DNA of 64,000 bases from the NCBI GenBank assembly GCA_015488215.1, contig WFOE01000088.1, positions 5,646 to 69,645 on the forward strand. Reading direction: 5' to 3'. Origin of the DNA: Planctomycetales bacterium. GTDB taxonomy: Bacteria > Planctomycetota > Planctomycetia > Pirellulales > S012-138. Position numbers and translations under genes: made by a program. How positions within the stretch are numbered: position 1 is the first letter of the stretch; the number at the start of each line of letters is the position of its first letter. The notes under the pieces were generated by a model. That model saw nothing but the letters and a program-made list of their open reading frames with translations. It was not told the origin of the DNA and searched no databases. Shown here one piece after another: positions 54,511 through 64,000 of the stretch.

Positions 54511-54936
54511 GTGCGGCCAATGGCTCCCCCCGGTCCAGAAAGCGGCCAGCTTCAGCGCCAGGGACGATTCGCCGTGCTGCGGCACCTGACGCCCAGCGGC
54601 TACCCCCGGCCGGATCACTGGGACCTGCTGCTGGAACAGCCCCAGGGGCTTTGGACCTGGGCGCTGCCCACCCCGCCCGAGCAAGGAACCGCCCAGGCCG
54701 AACGGCTTCCGGACCATCGGGTCGTGTACCTGGAGTACGAGGGGCCCATCTCCGGCGGCCGCGGCACGGTGAGCCGCTGGGACCAGGGCCACTATCGCCT
54801 TCTCCGGGCAGAGGCCGGGGAGTTGCTCTTACAGTTTGAAGGCCGGCGGCTCCAGGGCCGGTATCGCCTGGAGCGGATCGGCACGGGCTCCTATTGGCGA
54901 TGGACCCGATGCACTTCCGGCCCGGCGGCCGACTGA
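54511..54936 (+). CDS. LigD N-terminal (3'-phosphoesterase-like, PF13298-type) domain protein, stand-alone
   Basis: FAVLRH...DHWDLLLE...W.LP...DHRVVYLEYEGPISGGRGTVSRWDQGHY follows the LigD_N pattern as I recall it. Start GTG 54511 or ATG 54520. Confidence 0.7.
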   Translation: MRPMAPPGPESGQLQRQGRFAVLRHLTPSGYPRPDHWDLLLEQPQGLWTWALPTPPEQGTAQAERLPDHRVVYLEYEGPISGGRGTVSRWDQGHYRLLRAEAGELLLQFEGRRLQGRYRLERIGTGSYWRWTRCTSGPAAD

Positions 54937-55589
54937 ACGCCCAGCGTGCGTCCCTGGAGCAGAATCTTGCCTTCTTCCAGCCGGATGGAGTCGACCACCA
55001 CGCGGCGGTTGTTCTTCAGCGGCGGAAGCTGTACCAGGGCCACCGGCGTGCCGTCCTTTTGTGCCCAGCGCAGCGAAAGATTCCACCGCGAAGCCTGTTG
55101 ACCAATCGTTTCCACCACTTCGTTCATCGGCAGCGGAACCGCTCCGGCTTTCACGTGCCGCAGGTGCAGGGCCAACTGGTGGTCTTCCGTCACGTAGGCG
55201 TCCACTAGCACGTGCACCACGGTGTCCAGCGCCTTGGTCTGGTAGCGGCAAGCCAGATACACGCCCTGGGGAGTAATCCACACCCGGGGGTCTTTCACTT
55301 CCGGGGGGAGCAGGTCGGGGTGGTTTTCGGGCAGGTCCACCGCCAGCCAGCCGTTGATCTGCTGCTGGGTGAACTCGGCCTGCCAGCGGGGATCGTAGCG
55401 CAGGCGGTTGCTCAACTGCAAGGCCTGGGCCACCATCTCTTCGCTGGCCTGGGTCTGCTGCTGCGGGTCCGCTTGCAGAGCCTGGCGGTAGAACGACGGC
55501 ACGTAGTGCAACGACCAGTAGAACCCCAACGCCACGCCCAACAGCGCCACGACCGCCCCGGCCAGACAAAACTTCCACGGCCTGGACAT
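54891..55589 (-). CDS. hypothetical membrane-anchored protein
   Basis: 232 aa, one N-terminal TM (FCLAGAVVALLGVALGFYW). The 3' end overlaps the convergent LigD_N-like gene by 46 nt. No family recognised. Confidence 0.6.
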   Translation of the reverse strand: MSRPWKFCLAGAVVALLGVALGFYWSLHYVPSFYRQALQADPQQQTQASEEMVAQALQLSNRLRYDPRWQAEFTQQQINGWLAVDLPENHPDLLPPEVKDPRVWITPQGVYLACRYQTKALDTVVHVLVDAYVTEDHQLALHLRHVKAGAVPLPMNEVVETIGQQASRWNLSLRWAQKDGTPVALVQLPPLKNNRRVVVDSIRLEEGKILLQGRTLGVQSAAGPEVHRVHRQ

Positions 55590-55931
55590 GAAGGGATACC
55601 TCGTCTTGCTGGACGCCCACCCCGGGATTTTGGCCCGAGCAATCCTATGCCGCCCCCGTCGGCCGGGTCAAGCTCGATTCGCCCCCCGACTGAGGGGGCC
55701 GAAAGGCGGCACAGACCACCTTTCGAGTGCGGAGGGCTTGACCAGGTTCCGCGAAGGCAAAGCCTCCCGGCCCGCCGGGGAAACACGCCGTGGGCGAGAG
55801 CGGAGCCGGAGAACTGGAAACCCTTCCGGCTGGTGTTTCTTGCTTTCCGGTGGATACTCTGGATGGGAAGTACGGGCCCTTGATGGATTGGGTTCTTGCA
55901 AGCCATCTGGTCGTCCAGCCCCGAAAGGCCA

Positions 55932-57206
55932 ATGCCCGCACCGGAAACAACCACGCCGCCGCTGGCCGAAGTGCTGGCCGTGGGCGACGAGCTCACCACT
56001 GGCCAGCGCGTGGATACCAACTCCGCCTGGCTCAGCCGGGAACTGACCGCGCTGGGCCTGCGCGTTGCCTGGCACACCACCGTGGGCGACCGCCTGGAGG
56101 AACTGGTCCAGGCGCTTGCCGCGGCAGTGGCTCGGGCCAGCGTGGTCGTGCTCACCGGAGGGCTTGGCCCCACCGAAGATGATCTGACCCGGGAAGCTCT
56201 GGCCCAGGCAGCCGGAGTGGAGCTGGAGTTTCGGCCCGAGCTGTGGGAACACATCCAGGCGCTTTTCCGCCGCCGTGGTCGTCCCGTGCCGGAACAGAAT
56301 CGCCGCCAGGCCATGCTGCCCCGGGGAGCCGAAGCGATTGCCAACCCCGAAGGCACCGCTCCCGGCGTGGCGATGCAGTTGGCCCGGCCTGAGGGTCAGC
56401 CGGTCTGGCTCTTTGCCCTGCCCGGTGTGCCGGCCGAGATGCAGCAGATGTGGCCCGAAGTCCGGCACCGGCTGCGCGCAGCCGGTCTGGCTCGCGGCGT
56501 GGTGGAGCAGCGGACCATCCGCGTCTTCGGTCCCGGCGAAAGCGACTTGCAAAAGCAACTGCCGGGGCTCTTTGCCCGGGGGCGCCGGCCGGAAGTGGGC
56601 ATCACCGTCTCCGAAGCGGTGATTACGCTGCGCATCCTCGCCCGCGGCAGGAGCCGCCAGGAATGTCTGCGGCAGATCGAGCCCACTTGGCGACAGATTC
56701 ATCAGGTGTTGGGGCAGCAGATTTTCGGCTACGACCAGGACGAGCTGCAACATGCCGTAGCCCGACTGTTGCAGGAGGAAAAACTCCGTCTGGCCACGCT
56801 GGAATGGGGCAGCCAAGGGTTGCTGGCCCGGTGGATGGCCCAGGTGCCGCACTCCGAGCAGGTGTTCGCCGGTGGAGAGGTTCGCACCACCTGGCCGCCG
56901 CCCGAGACGGCGACCAGCCCCCGGCCCGAAGACGCTTCGGCCGTGCCGGAGCGTCTGGCCCAGGCAGCCGAGCAGCATCGGACCCGCTGCCGCGCGGAGC
57001 TTGTGCTAGCCACGGGCCCTTTTCCGGACGACGAAGTACCGGACGAACACACCGGCCCCATCTACTTTGCCCTGGCACACGCCGGAGCTGTGGAACTTTG
57101 GCGGCGGCGTTACACCGGGCACCACCAGGTGCGCCGCGTCCGGGCCGCTCGGCAAGCCCTGGATGCCCTGCGGCGGTGGCTGTTGCAGCGCCGACAGGAA
57201 GGCTGA
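55932..57206 (+). CDS. CinA-family protein (MoCF-binding domain + CinA/PncC-like C-terminal domain)
   Basis: LAVGDELTTGQRVDTNSAWLSRELTALG and LTGGLGPTEDDLTREA in the N-terminal domain. The C-terminal domain is only weakly CinA-like. Confidence 0.82.
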   Translation: MPAPETTTPPLAEVLAVGDELTTGQRVDTNSAWLSRELTALGLRVAWHTTVGDRLEELVQALAAAVARASVVVLTGGLGPTEDDLTREALAQAAGVELEFRPELWEHIQALFRRRGRPVPEQNRRQAMLPRGAEAIANPEGTAPGVAMQLARPEGQPVWLFALPGVPAEMQQMWPEVRHRLRAAGLARGVVEQRTIRVFGPGESDLQKQLPGLFARGRRPEVGITVSEAVITLRILARGRSRQECLRQIEPTWRQIHQVLGQQIFGYDQDELQHAVARLLQEEKLRLATLEWGSQGLLARWMAQVPHSEQVFAGGEVRTTWPPPETATSPRPEDASAVPERLAQAAEQHRTRCRAELVLATGPFPDDEVPDEHTGPIYFALAHAGAVELWRRRYTGHHQVRRVRAARQALDALRRWLLQRRQEG

Positions 57207-57282
57207 CTTCCGCAGCAGGCTGCAAACACAGCACAATGAGCAGTTGTGCCGGAACCCCTGCGCCGTTACAGGCCATGTTGGC

Positions 57283-58560
57283 ATGAACGACCCCCTTGCT
57301 TCCCAGAGGCCGCACTTGCCGGACCGTTCTCCCGGGACGCCGGCAAGCGGCCGTGGCAATCCGCCCGGCCGGGAGCGAGCCTCGGGCGGCGAAGACTCCC
57401 CCGCTTCCCCTTGCCCGGCGGGGCTGGCTTACGGCCCTGCCCGCAGCCTCTATGTCCACGTGCCGTTCTGCCGCAGGCGATGCGGCTACTGCGACTTTGC
57501 CGTGGTGGTGAGCCGCGAGGAGCTGGAGCCGCAACTGCTGGCTGCCTACCAACAGGAAGCTTCCTGGACCTGTCCCGACCAGCCGCTGGAGACGATTTAC
57601 CTGGGCGGAGGCACGCCCAGCCGGATGTCCCCCGCCGGCATGGAACACCTGTTGCAACAAATCCGCCGCCGCTTCGAGCTGGCCCCAGCAGTCGAATGGA
57701 CCGTCGAGGCCAACCCGGAAGACGTTACCCCCGAGTGGCTGCGCCTGCTTCGGGATTACGGCGTGACGCGGATTAGCCTCGGCGTGCAGTCGTTTCAGCG
57801 CGAGAAGCTCCGCCGCCTGGATCGGGAGCACGAGCCGGAACAGATCCGCCGGGCCATCGAGCGGGTGCTTCGGGCCGGGTTGGTGCTTTCGCTGGACCTG
57901 ATCTTCGCCTCGCCCGGCGAGACGCTCCGCCAATGGCAAGCCGACCTGGACCAGGTGCTGGCCAGCGGCGCCCAGCACGTTTCGCTTTACGGGCTGACCA
58001 TCGAACGCGGTACGCGGTTCTGGTCGCTTCGTCGCCGGGGCCGACTGGCCGAAGTGCCCGAGCAGCAGCAAGCCGAAATGTACCTGGCGGCCATCGACCG
58101 CTTGAGCCAGGCCGGCTGGGAACACTACGAAGTGTCCAACTTCGCCCGGCCGGGCTTCCGCTGCCGACACAACCTGGGCTACTGGCACTGTCGGGACTAC
58201 CACGCCTGGGGGCCTGGGGCGGCTCGCCACTACCAGGGCGTGCGGCAGACGAACCATCCCAGCACCACTACGTACTTGCGCCGGGTGCTCGCAGGCCGCA
58301 GTCCGGTGTGGCAGAGCGAACGCCTGGACCCCGAGCAGCGCATGCGCGAAGCGCTGGTGCTGGCCCTGCGCACGCTGGAGGGCGTCTCGCCGGAGGAGTT
58401 CGCCTACCGCTGGGGACGCAGTCCCTGGCAACTGGCCGGGGAGGCCCTGGGCCGCTACCTGGAAGAAGGCTACCTGGTCGAGCAGCAAGGCCGCCTGCGG
58501 CTGAGCCGTCGCGGGCTGCTGGTTTCCGATTCCCTTTGGGGAGCGCTGCTGGGTGGATAG
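57283..58560 (+). CDS. hemW: radical SAM heme chaperone HemW / coproporphyrinogen-III-oxidase-like
   Basis: LYVHVPFCRRRCGYCDF (CxxxCxxC), GGGTPS, and a HemN_C-like tail. It has a ~50-aa Pro/Gly-rich N-terminal extension from ATG 57283. Confidence 0.88.
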   Translation: MNDPLASQRPHLPDRSPGTPASGRGNPPGRERASGGEDSPASPCPAGLAYGPARSLYVHVPFCRRRCGYCDFAVVVSREELEPQLLAAYQQEASWTCPDQPLETIYLGGGTPSRMSPAGMEHLLQQIRRRFELAPAVEWTVEANPEDVTPEWLRLLRDYGVTRISLGVQSFQREKLRRLDREHEPEQIRRAIERVLRAGLVLSLDLIFASPGETLRQWQADLDQVLASGAQHVSLYGLTIERGTRFWSLRRRGRLAEVPEQQQAEMYLAAIDRLSQAGWEHYEVSNFARPGFRCRHNLGYWHCRDYHAWGPGAARHYQGVRQTNHPSTTTYLRRVLAGRSPVWQSERLDPEQRMREALVLALRTLEGVSPEEFAYRWGRSPWQLAGEALGRYLEEGYLVEQQGRLRLSRRGLLVSDSLWGALLGG

Positions 58561-58591
58561 CGGTTTTGCGCCCGCGCGGGGAATGGCTCCC

Positions 58592-58770
58592 GGTGAGCCG
58601 CCGACTGGGAGCTTCCGCTCTGACGCGAGAACAAGCGACAACTCCCGCCAATGACACGACGCAACACAGCCGGTCATCTTGCACGGCTCCAAACAACGAA
58701 CTTGGCGTGTGTTCCCAGATACTCAAGACACAAGACCTCTTTCGTCCGGAGCTGGCCGAAACGCCGATTT
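58592..58770. repeat. mosaic hairpin-repeat family copy (site R7, partial)
   Basis: ggtgagccgccgac (truncated unit), ggagcttccgctctgacgcgagaacaagcg, tcaagacacaagac heptamers, ctctttcgtccggagctggccgaaacgcc (compare 39431-39465). Confidence 0.75.
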
Positions 58771-58935
58771 GAGTTCAGTAGAACCACTCTGTGTTGGTGT
58801 GTGCTCAAAGAGGAGGGATTCAACCGTGCCGGGTTGCCGCAGGTGTTTGCCCTCGTTTTCTTTCTTTGGCGCCCGGGGTATGATCGAAGCAGACGCCCGT
58901 TGCCGGAGGAACGCTTCCCAAGAGGAACGCCTGCC

Positions 58936-59217
58936 GTGGCCAAAAAGACGCGCAAAAAGAAGGAATCGCCCGAGCAGCTCTCCTTCGAGGAAGCCTTGGA
59001 CCGTCTGGAGCAGATTGTCCAGGAGCTGGAAGAAGGGGAGCTGGGGCTGGAGGAATCGCTGGCCCGGTACGAAGAAGCCGTCGGCTACCTGAAACGCTGT
59101 CACGGGCTGCTCGAAAAGGCCCAACTGCGTGTGGAGCTTTTGACAGGCGTGGGCCAGGACGGAGAGGCCCAAACGGAACCGTTCCCCCTGGACGACGAAG
59201 CCGAGGAAGCCCCGTAA
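58936..59217 (+). CDS. xseB: exodeoxyribonuclease VII small subunit
   Basis: SFEEALDRLEQIVQELEEGELGLEESLARYEEAVGYLKRC is the XseB core. Start placed at GTG 58936; the upstream part of the track ORF runs through repeat DNA. Confidence 0.85.
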   Translation: MAKKTRKKKESPEQLSFEEALDRLEQIVQELEEGELGLEESLARYEEAVGYLKRCHGLLEKAQLRVELLTGVGQDGEAQTEPFPLDDEAEEAP

Positions 59218-59237
59218 CTTCCGCTGGGTGCTCGCTT

Positions 59238-60158
59238 GTGGTGAACCGTTCCAGCACACAAGCCGACTTTTCGGCCCTGGCCGCCCCGTTGCGCGAGCAA
59301 GTGGAGCGGCAGTTGCGGCAATATGTGCAGCTTCCGGCCGAAGCGGACCGCTGGGGCTGGTTTTGCCCACCGCGGCTGCAACAGGCCATGGCCTACAGTC
59401 TGCTGGGCGGCGGCAAGCGGCTGCGTCCGCTAGTGGTGCTGTTTGCCGCCGAGGGCTGCGGCGCTTCGGCCGCGGACGCCCTGCCGGCGGCCTGTGCGGT
59501 GGAGATGGTGCACACGTATTCGCTGGTGCACGACGATTTGCCGGCGATGGACGACGACGACTTGCGCCGCGGCCAGCCCACGCTCCACCGGGCGTTCGAC
59601 GAAGCGACGGCCATCCTGGCCGGCGACGCGTTGCTGACCCTGGCCTTCGAGGTGCTGGCGCGCCACCTTCCGCCGGCCACAGCCGCCGCCTGTACGGCCC
59701 TGCTGGCCCAAGCGGCCGGGGCCTGCGGCATGGTCGGGGGGCAAGCCGACGACCTGGCCGCCGAAGGCCGCCCCGGCACGCTGGAACAACTGCAAGCCAT
59801 CCACCGGCGAAAGACCGCCGCGCTGTTTTCCGCTTCGGCCCGACTGGGCGCCCTGTGCGCCAACGCGGCTCCCGAGCAAGTGGAGCACCTGGGCCGGTAC
59901 GGGCAATGCCTGGGCCTGGCTTTTCAGATATGCGACGATCTGCTGGACTGCCACGGCCAGGAGGACCAACTGGGCAAACGGGTGGGCAAGGACACCCAAC
60001 GTGGTAAACTGACGTATCCGGCTCTCCTGGGCACGGAAGCCAGTCGGGAAAAGGCCGAACACTGGGCGGACCAGGCGTTGCAAGCCCTGGCTCGCTCCGG
60101 GGCAGAGCATCCGGGCCTGGTGGCCCTGGCCCGTTTCGTGCTGGAAAGGAACCAGTGA
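59238..60158 (+). CDS. ispA: polyprenyl (farnesyl/geranylgeranyl) diphosphate synthase
   Basis: LVHDDLPAMDDDDLRRG (first Asp-rich motif) and FQICDDLLD (second). GTG start. Confidence 0.9.
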   Translation: MVNRSSTQADFSALAAPLREQVERQLRQYVQLPAEADRWGWFCPPRLQQAMAYSLLGGGKRLRPLVVLFAAEGCGASAADALPAACAVEMVHTYSLVHDDLPAMDDDDLRRGQPTLHRAFDEATAILAGDALLTLAFEVLARHLPPATAAACTALLAQAAGACGMVGGQADDLAAEGRPGTLEQLQAIHRRKTAALFSASARLGALCANAAPEQVEHLGRYGQCLGLAFQICDDLLDCHGQEDQLGKRVGKDTQRGKLTYPALLGTEASREKAEHWADQALQALARSGAEHPGLVALARFVLERNQ

Positions 60159-62101
60159 GTATGGCCCAACTGCTTCCGCGCATCCGATCTCCCCAGGACC
60201 TGAAACGGCTCTCGCTCCAAGAGCTGGAACAACTGGCCCAGGAAATCCGCAACGAGCTGTGCCAATTGGTCGCCACGCGCACGGCTCACTTCGCTTCGAA
60301 CCTGGGTGTGGTCGAACTGTGCCTGGCCCTGCACCGCACGTTCGACTTTTCCCGCGACCGGCTCATCTGGGACACCGGGCACCAAATCTATCCCCATAAA
60401 CTGGTCACCGGCCGCTACGAGCAGTTCCACACCATTCGCAAAAAAGGCGGGTTGATGGGCTATCCCAACCCGCACGAAAGCCCCTACGACCTGTTCATGA
60501 CCGGCCATGCCGGCTGCGCCGTGGGCACGATGCTGGGCCTGCGGGTGGGGGACGAACTGCTGGGCCAGCCGGACCGCCACGCGGTGGCCGTGGTGGGCGA
60601 CGGGGCGCTGCCCTCGGGCGTGGTGTTCGAGGCACTGAACAACCTCGGCGGCATGAAGCGGCCGTTGCTGGTGATTCTCAATGACAACGAAATGTCCATC
60701 TGCCCCCGCGTGGGCGGCGTGGCCCAACACCTGGACCGCGTCCGCATGAACCGCTTCTACCGCAGCCTGAAGCGGGAAGTGGTCCAGTTCCTCAAACGCG
60801 TGCCGCTGGTGGGCGACCCGGCCGAAAGGTTCCTCTGGCAGCTCAAAGAAGCGGTCAAGGCGGGCCTGCACGGCGGCATGCTGTTCGAGGAGTTGGGTAT
60901 CGACTACGTGGGTCCCATCGATGGGCACAATCTGGCCGAACTACTCCGCTACCTGGAGATGGTCAAACGGGTGCCCCGGCCCATCCTGCTGCACGTGATT
61001 ACCAAGAAAGGGCACGGGTTCGCCCCGGCCGAAGCCGACCCGGTCACGTTCCACACGCCCAGCCCCTTCCGGCACGAAGGGGGACAGATTATCCCCATCG
61101 GCTCGGGCAAGGCGAAAGCCTCGCAGCCCTATACGGCCGTGGCCTCGGAGACCATCTACCAGCAGATGGCGGCCAACCCGCGCGTGACGGTCATCACCGC
61201 GGCCATGTGCCAGGGGAACAAGCTGGAACGAGTGCGGGAGGATTTTCCCGACCGGTTTTTCGACACCGGCATTTGCGAATCCTTCGCCGTGGCGTTCGCC
61301 GCCGGCAAGGCCAAAGCGGGCCTGCGCCCCATCGTGGACATTTACAGTACGTTCTTGCAGCGTTCTTTCGACCAGATTTTCCAGGAAGTGGCCCTGCAGG
61401 ACCTGCCGGTGGTGTTCATGATGGACCGGGCGGGGCTGACCGGGCCGGACGGCCCCACTCATCACGGCGTGTTCGACCTGGGCTACATGCGGCTGTTTCC
61501 CAACATGGTGGTTACGGCCCCCGGCGACGCCGAAGACCTGCGGCTGCTGGTCCCCTGGGCGTTGCAGCAGCCGCACCCGGTGGCCATCCGCTACCCGAAG
61601 GCCCCGGCCGCTTCAATCCCCCGGCAAGTGGCTCCCGTGGAACTTGGGCGCTGGGAACTGTTGCGGGACGGAGCGGACGGGACCATCCTCTGCTGTGGTG
61701 CGCTGCTGGAATACGCCTTGCAAGCGGCCGACACACTGGCCCGGGAGGACGGCCTGGAACTGACCGTGGTCAACTGCCGGTTCGTCAAGCCGCTGGATGA
61801 CGAACTGCTGGCGGCGGCCCTGACCGATTCTCCCTTTGTACTCACCGTGGAAGAAGCCGCCCTGGCCTGCGGTTTTGGCAGCGCGGTGGCCGAACGGGCC
61901 GTGGACCTGGGACTGGACACCAGCCACCTGCACCGGGCGGGCATCCCCGACCGGTTCATCGAACACGGCGAACGGGGCGAACTGCTGGCCGACCTGGGGC
62001 TGGACGCCGCAGGACTGGCCCGCACGTGCCGCCGCCTGGCCCAATCGGCCCCGGGCTCCCGGCGCAGCCGGCGCCGCAGCGGCACGCGCCAGGTGAGTTG
62101 A
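60155..62101 (+). CDS. dxs: 1-deoxy-D-xylulose-5-phosphate synthase
   Basis: GHAGCAVGTMLG, VVGDGALPSGVVFEALNN (ThDP motif), FDTGICE, and the transketolase C-terminal domain. Start GTG 60155 (overlaps the ispA stop) or ATG 60161. Confidence 0.95.
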   Translation: MSMAQLLPRIRSPQDLKRLSLQELEQLAQEIRNELCQLVATRTAHFASNLGVVELCLALHRTFDFSRDRLIWDTGHQIYPHKLVTGRYEQFHTIRKKGGLMGYPNPHESPYDLFMTGHAGCAVGTMLGLRVGDELLGQPDRHAVAVVGDGALPSGVVFEALNNLGGMKRPLLVILNDNEMSICPRVGGVAQHLDRVRMNRFYRSLKREVVQFLKRVPLVGDPAERFLWQLKEAVKAGLHGGMLFEELGIDYVGPIDGHNLAELLRYLEMVKRVPRPILLHVITKKGHGFAPAEADPVTFHTPSPFRHEGGQIIPIGSGKAKASQPYTAVASETIYQQMAANPRVTVITAAMCQGNKLERVREDFPDRFFDTGICESFAVAFAAGKAKAGLRPIVDIYSTFLQRSFDQIFQEVALQDLPVVFMMDRAGLTGPDGPTHHGVFDLGYMRLFPNMVVTAPGDAEDLRLLVPWALQQPHPVAIRYPKAPAASIPRQVAPVELGRWELLRDGADGTILCCGALLEYALQAADTLAREDGLELTVVNCRFVKPLDDELLAAALTDSPFVLTVEEAALACGFGSAVAERAVDLGLDTSHLHRAGIPDRFIEHGERGELLADLGLDAAGLARTCRRLAQSAPGSRRSRRRSGTRQVS

Positions 62102-62139
62102 GCTTTTCGGGCAGGGAAACCTTCTTTCCGGGAAAACGC

Positions 62140-62167
62140 TTGACAGGGCCGACAAAACGGATATATT
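62140..62167 (+). promoter_or_regulatory. candidate sigma70-type promoter (TTGACA-16 nt-TATATT)
   Basis: Read directly; a consensus -35 hexamer. It lies about 230 nt upstream of the next ATG (62400). Sequence-only prediction. Confidence 0.4.
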
Positions 62168-62399
62168 GGTCCTGAAATCTGATATTCCCGCCCGTTTCCG
62201 TGCTCGGGTCTGCCGGCAAGACGCAGCCCGGGCCTCCCGCCTTCCAACAAGAGCCTACCCTCAGGCGTGCCGCTCCCGGCGGTACGCTTGCCCGCCTGAA
62301 AAAGACAAGCGTTTCCCTCCCCCAGGGCCGGAAAGCCCGGCCGACTGCTGCCCCGCGCGGCACGTGGTCTTTCCGGCGCTTCGCACAGGAGGTCCTGCC

Positions 62400-64000
62400 A
62401 TGCGACGCTTTGCCGTGCGCACCACTCTGGTTTGCGTGGTTTTGGCTCTGTTTGGTCCTTGGTTCTCGGTTTCCGCCAGGGCAAAAGAAAAGGCCGACAA
62501 GCAGGGGCCGCCCAAGGTGCAAAAGCTGGTCGTCTATCCCCCGCAGATTCATCTGGCCGGGGCAAGGGCGACCCAATCGCTGCGGGTGGTAGCCCAACTG
62601 GCCGACGGCACCCAACGCCTGGTGACCGAGCAGTGCGCCTACCAGAGCAACAATCCGAAAGTGGCCGTCGTCGAAGGCCCCGGGCGGATTGTCCCCCAGG
62701 CCAATGGCCGCACGCAAATCGTGGTGCAGTACCACGAAGCCACCGTGCAGGTGCCGCTGGTGGTCAGCCGCCGGGAGGATGCGCATTACAACTTCCGCAA
62801 CGACGTGCTGCCGGTGATTTCCAAGCTGGGCTGCAACCAGATGGGCTGCCACGGTTCGCCCAAGGGGAAGAAGCGGCTGCACCTCTCCCTGTTTAGTGCC
62901 GATCCGCACAAGGACTACCTGGAAATCACCGACCCGAAGAAGAAGCTCATCGACCCCAAAAACGCCGAGGAAAGCTGGCTGCTGCAAAAGGCCCTGTGCT
63001 ACGAGGACCACGGGGGCGGCGACGTGCTGGAGGAGGATTCCCCGGCCCATCGCCTGCTGGTGGAGTGGATTGCCCAGGGCGCCCCGGAAGGCAAGCCCGG
63101 CGACCCGGTGCTGGAACGTATCGAGGTATTCCCGCCGCGCTGGGAGCTGCTGCCGGGCAAGCGCTATCCGTTGCTCGTCGAAGCCTATTACAGCGACGGC
63201 ACGATGGAAGAAGTAACCCACCTGGCCACTTACAAGTCCAACGAAGAAGCGGTGGCCAAAGTGGATGCTGCCGGCCGGGTGACCGGCACCGGCTACGGGG
63301 AGGCGGTGGTGCTGGTCGGTTACAACGGGGCGCTGGCCACAGCCCGGGTCCGTTCGGCCCAGCCGGTCAAGGTCCAGTTCCCCCAGGTGCCGGTGAACAA
63401 CCGCATCGACGAGCTGGTGCTGGCCAAGTTGCGGGAACTGAACATCGTTCCTTCGGAACTGTGCAGCGACGAGGAGTTCCTGCGACGCGTCTATCTGGAC
63501 GTGATTGGCGTGCTGCCCACGCCCGAAGAAGCCCGGCGGTTCCTGGCTGATCCCAGCCCGAACAAACGAGCCGCCCTGATTGACGAGCTGCTCGACCGGC
63601 CCGAGTATGCCGACTTCTACGCCGTCAAGTGGGGCGACATCTTGCAGATTAACCGCGGCATTCCGGCCCGCTTGCAGGACAAGGGCATGTGGGCCTACTA
63701 CCGCTGGCTGTGGCACGCGCTGGACAGCAACATGCCGATGGACCGCTTTGTGCACGAGCTGCTCACGGCCACCGGCAGTGGTTATCGGAACGGCCCGGCC
63801 AACTTCTTCCGCGTGGGCGAAGGCCCGCAGGGGATGGCCGAGCAGGCTTCGACCGTCTTCCTGGGCGTGCGGCTGGATTGTGCCCACTGCCACAACCATC
63901 CCTTCGAACAGTTCACGCTGGCCGACAACCTGGGCATGGCCGCCTTCTTCGCCCGCGTGCGAATTAAACGCACCCAAGAACAGGACGAAGAAGTCATCTA
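62400..64000 (+). CDS. DUF1549/DUF1553 (PSD1-like) protein with N-terminal Ig-like domain, 3' end beyond window
   Basis: ATG 62400 is preceded by AGGAGG. Signal peptide MRRFAVRTTLVCVVLALFGPWFSVSARA; Big_2-like region; EEFLRRVYLDVIGVLPTPEEARRF and DCAHCHNHPFEQFTLADNLGMAAFF are DUF1549 hallmarks. The frame is open to the window end and the ORF is absent from the track because it has no stop. Confidence 0.88.
   Translation, partial: MRRFAVRTTLVCVVLALFGPWFSVSARAKEKADKQGPPKVQKLVVYPPQIHLAGARATQSLRVVAQLADGTQRLVTEQCAYQSNNPKVAVVEGPGRIVPQANGRTQIVVQYHEATVQVPLVVSRREDAHYNFRNDVLPVISKLGCNQMGCHGSPKGKKRLHLSLFSADPHKDYLEITDPKKKLIDPKNAEESWLLQKALCYEDHGGGDVLEEDSPAHRLLVEWIAQGAPEGKPGDPVLERIEVFPPRWELLPGKRYPLLVEAYYSDGTMEEVTHLATYKSNEEAVAKVDAAGRVTGTGYGEAVVLVGYNGALATARVRSAQPVKVQFPQVPVNNRIDELVLAKLRELNIVPSELCSDEEFLRRVYLDVIGVLPTPEEARRFLADPSPNKRAALIDELLDRPEYADFYAVKWGDILQINRGIPARLQDKGMWAYYRWLWHALDSNMPMDRFVHELLTATGSGYRNGPANFFRVGEGPQGMAEQASTVFLGVRLDCAHCHNHPFEQFTLADNLGMAAFFARVRIKRTQEQDEEVI

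Overview
High-GC chromosomal segment whose gene content points to Planctomycetota: DUF1501, DUF1549/DUF1553, a PVC-type CxxCH heme-binding giant protein, a prenyltransferase/squalene-oxidase-repeat protein and a PQQ-like propeller. I call about 55 protein-coding genes, mostly housekeeping or envelope functions. These include queA, aroB, aat, rsmA, ribE, hisE-hisG, nuoA-nuoC-nuoD, xseB-ispA-dxs, hemW, apgM, a peptide-type ABC importer without ATPase genes, several glycosyltransferases and an LptF/G-type permease. I saw no rRNA, tRNA, CRISPR array, transposase, integrase, phage genes or recognisable defence genes. Most long ORFs in the six-frame track that overlap these genes in other frames or on the opposite strand are high-GC shadow ORFs. 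The clearest structure not explained by genes is a mosaic family of short hairpin-forming repeats. It fills at least seven intergenic sites (about 1983-2304, 24838-25041, 37333-37577, 39181-39499, 49836-50074, 52561-53195, 58592-58770). One pair of copies lies in inverted orientation around a divergent gene pair (GlmU-N-like nucleotidyltransferase and a divergent PGK-family protein). I did not find a convincing self-contained novel multi-gene system. The findings below are the best candidates, scored modestly. All function calls rest on motifs read from the translations and on remembered family signatures; no database search was run.
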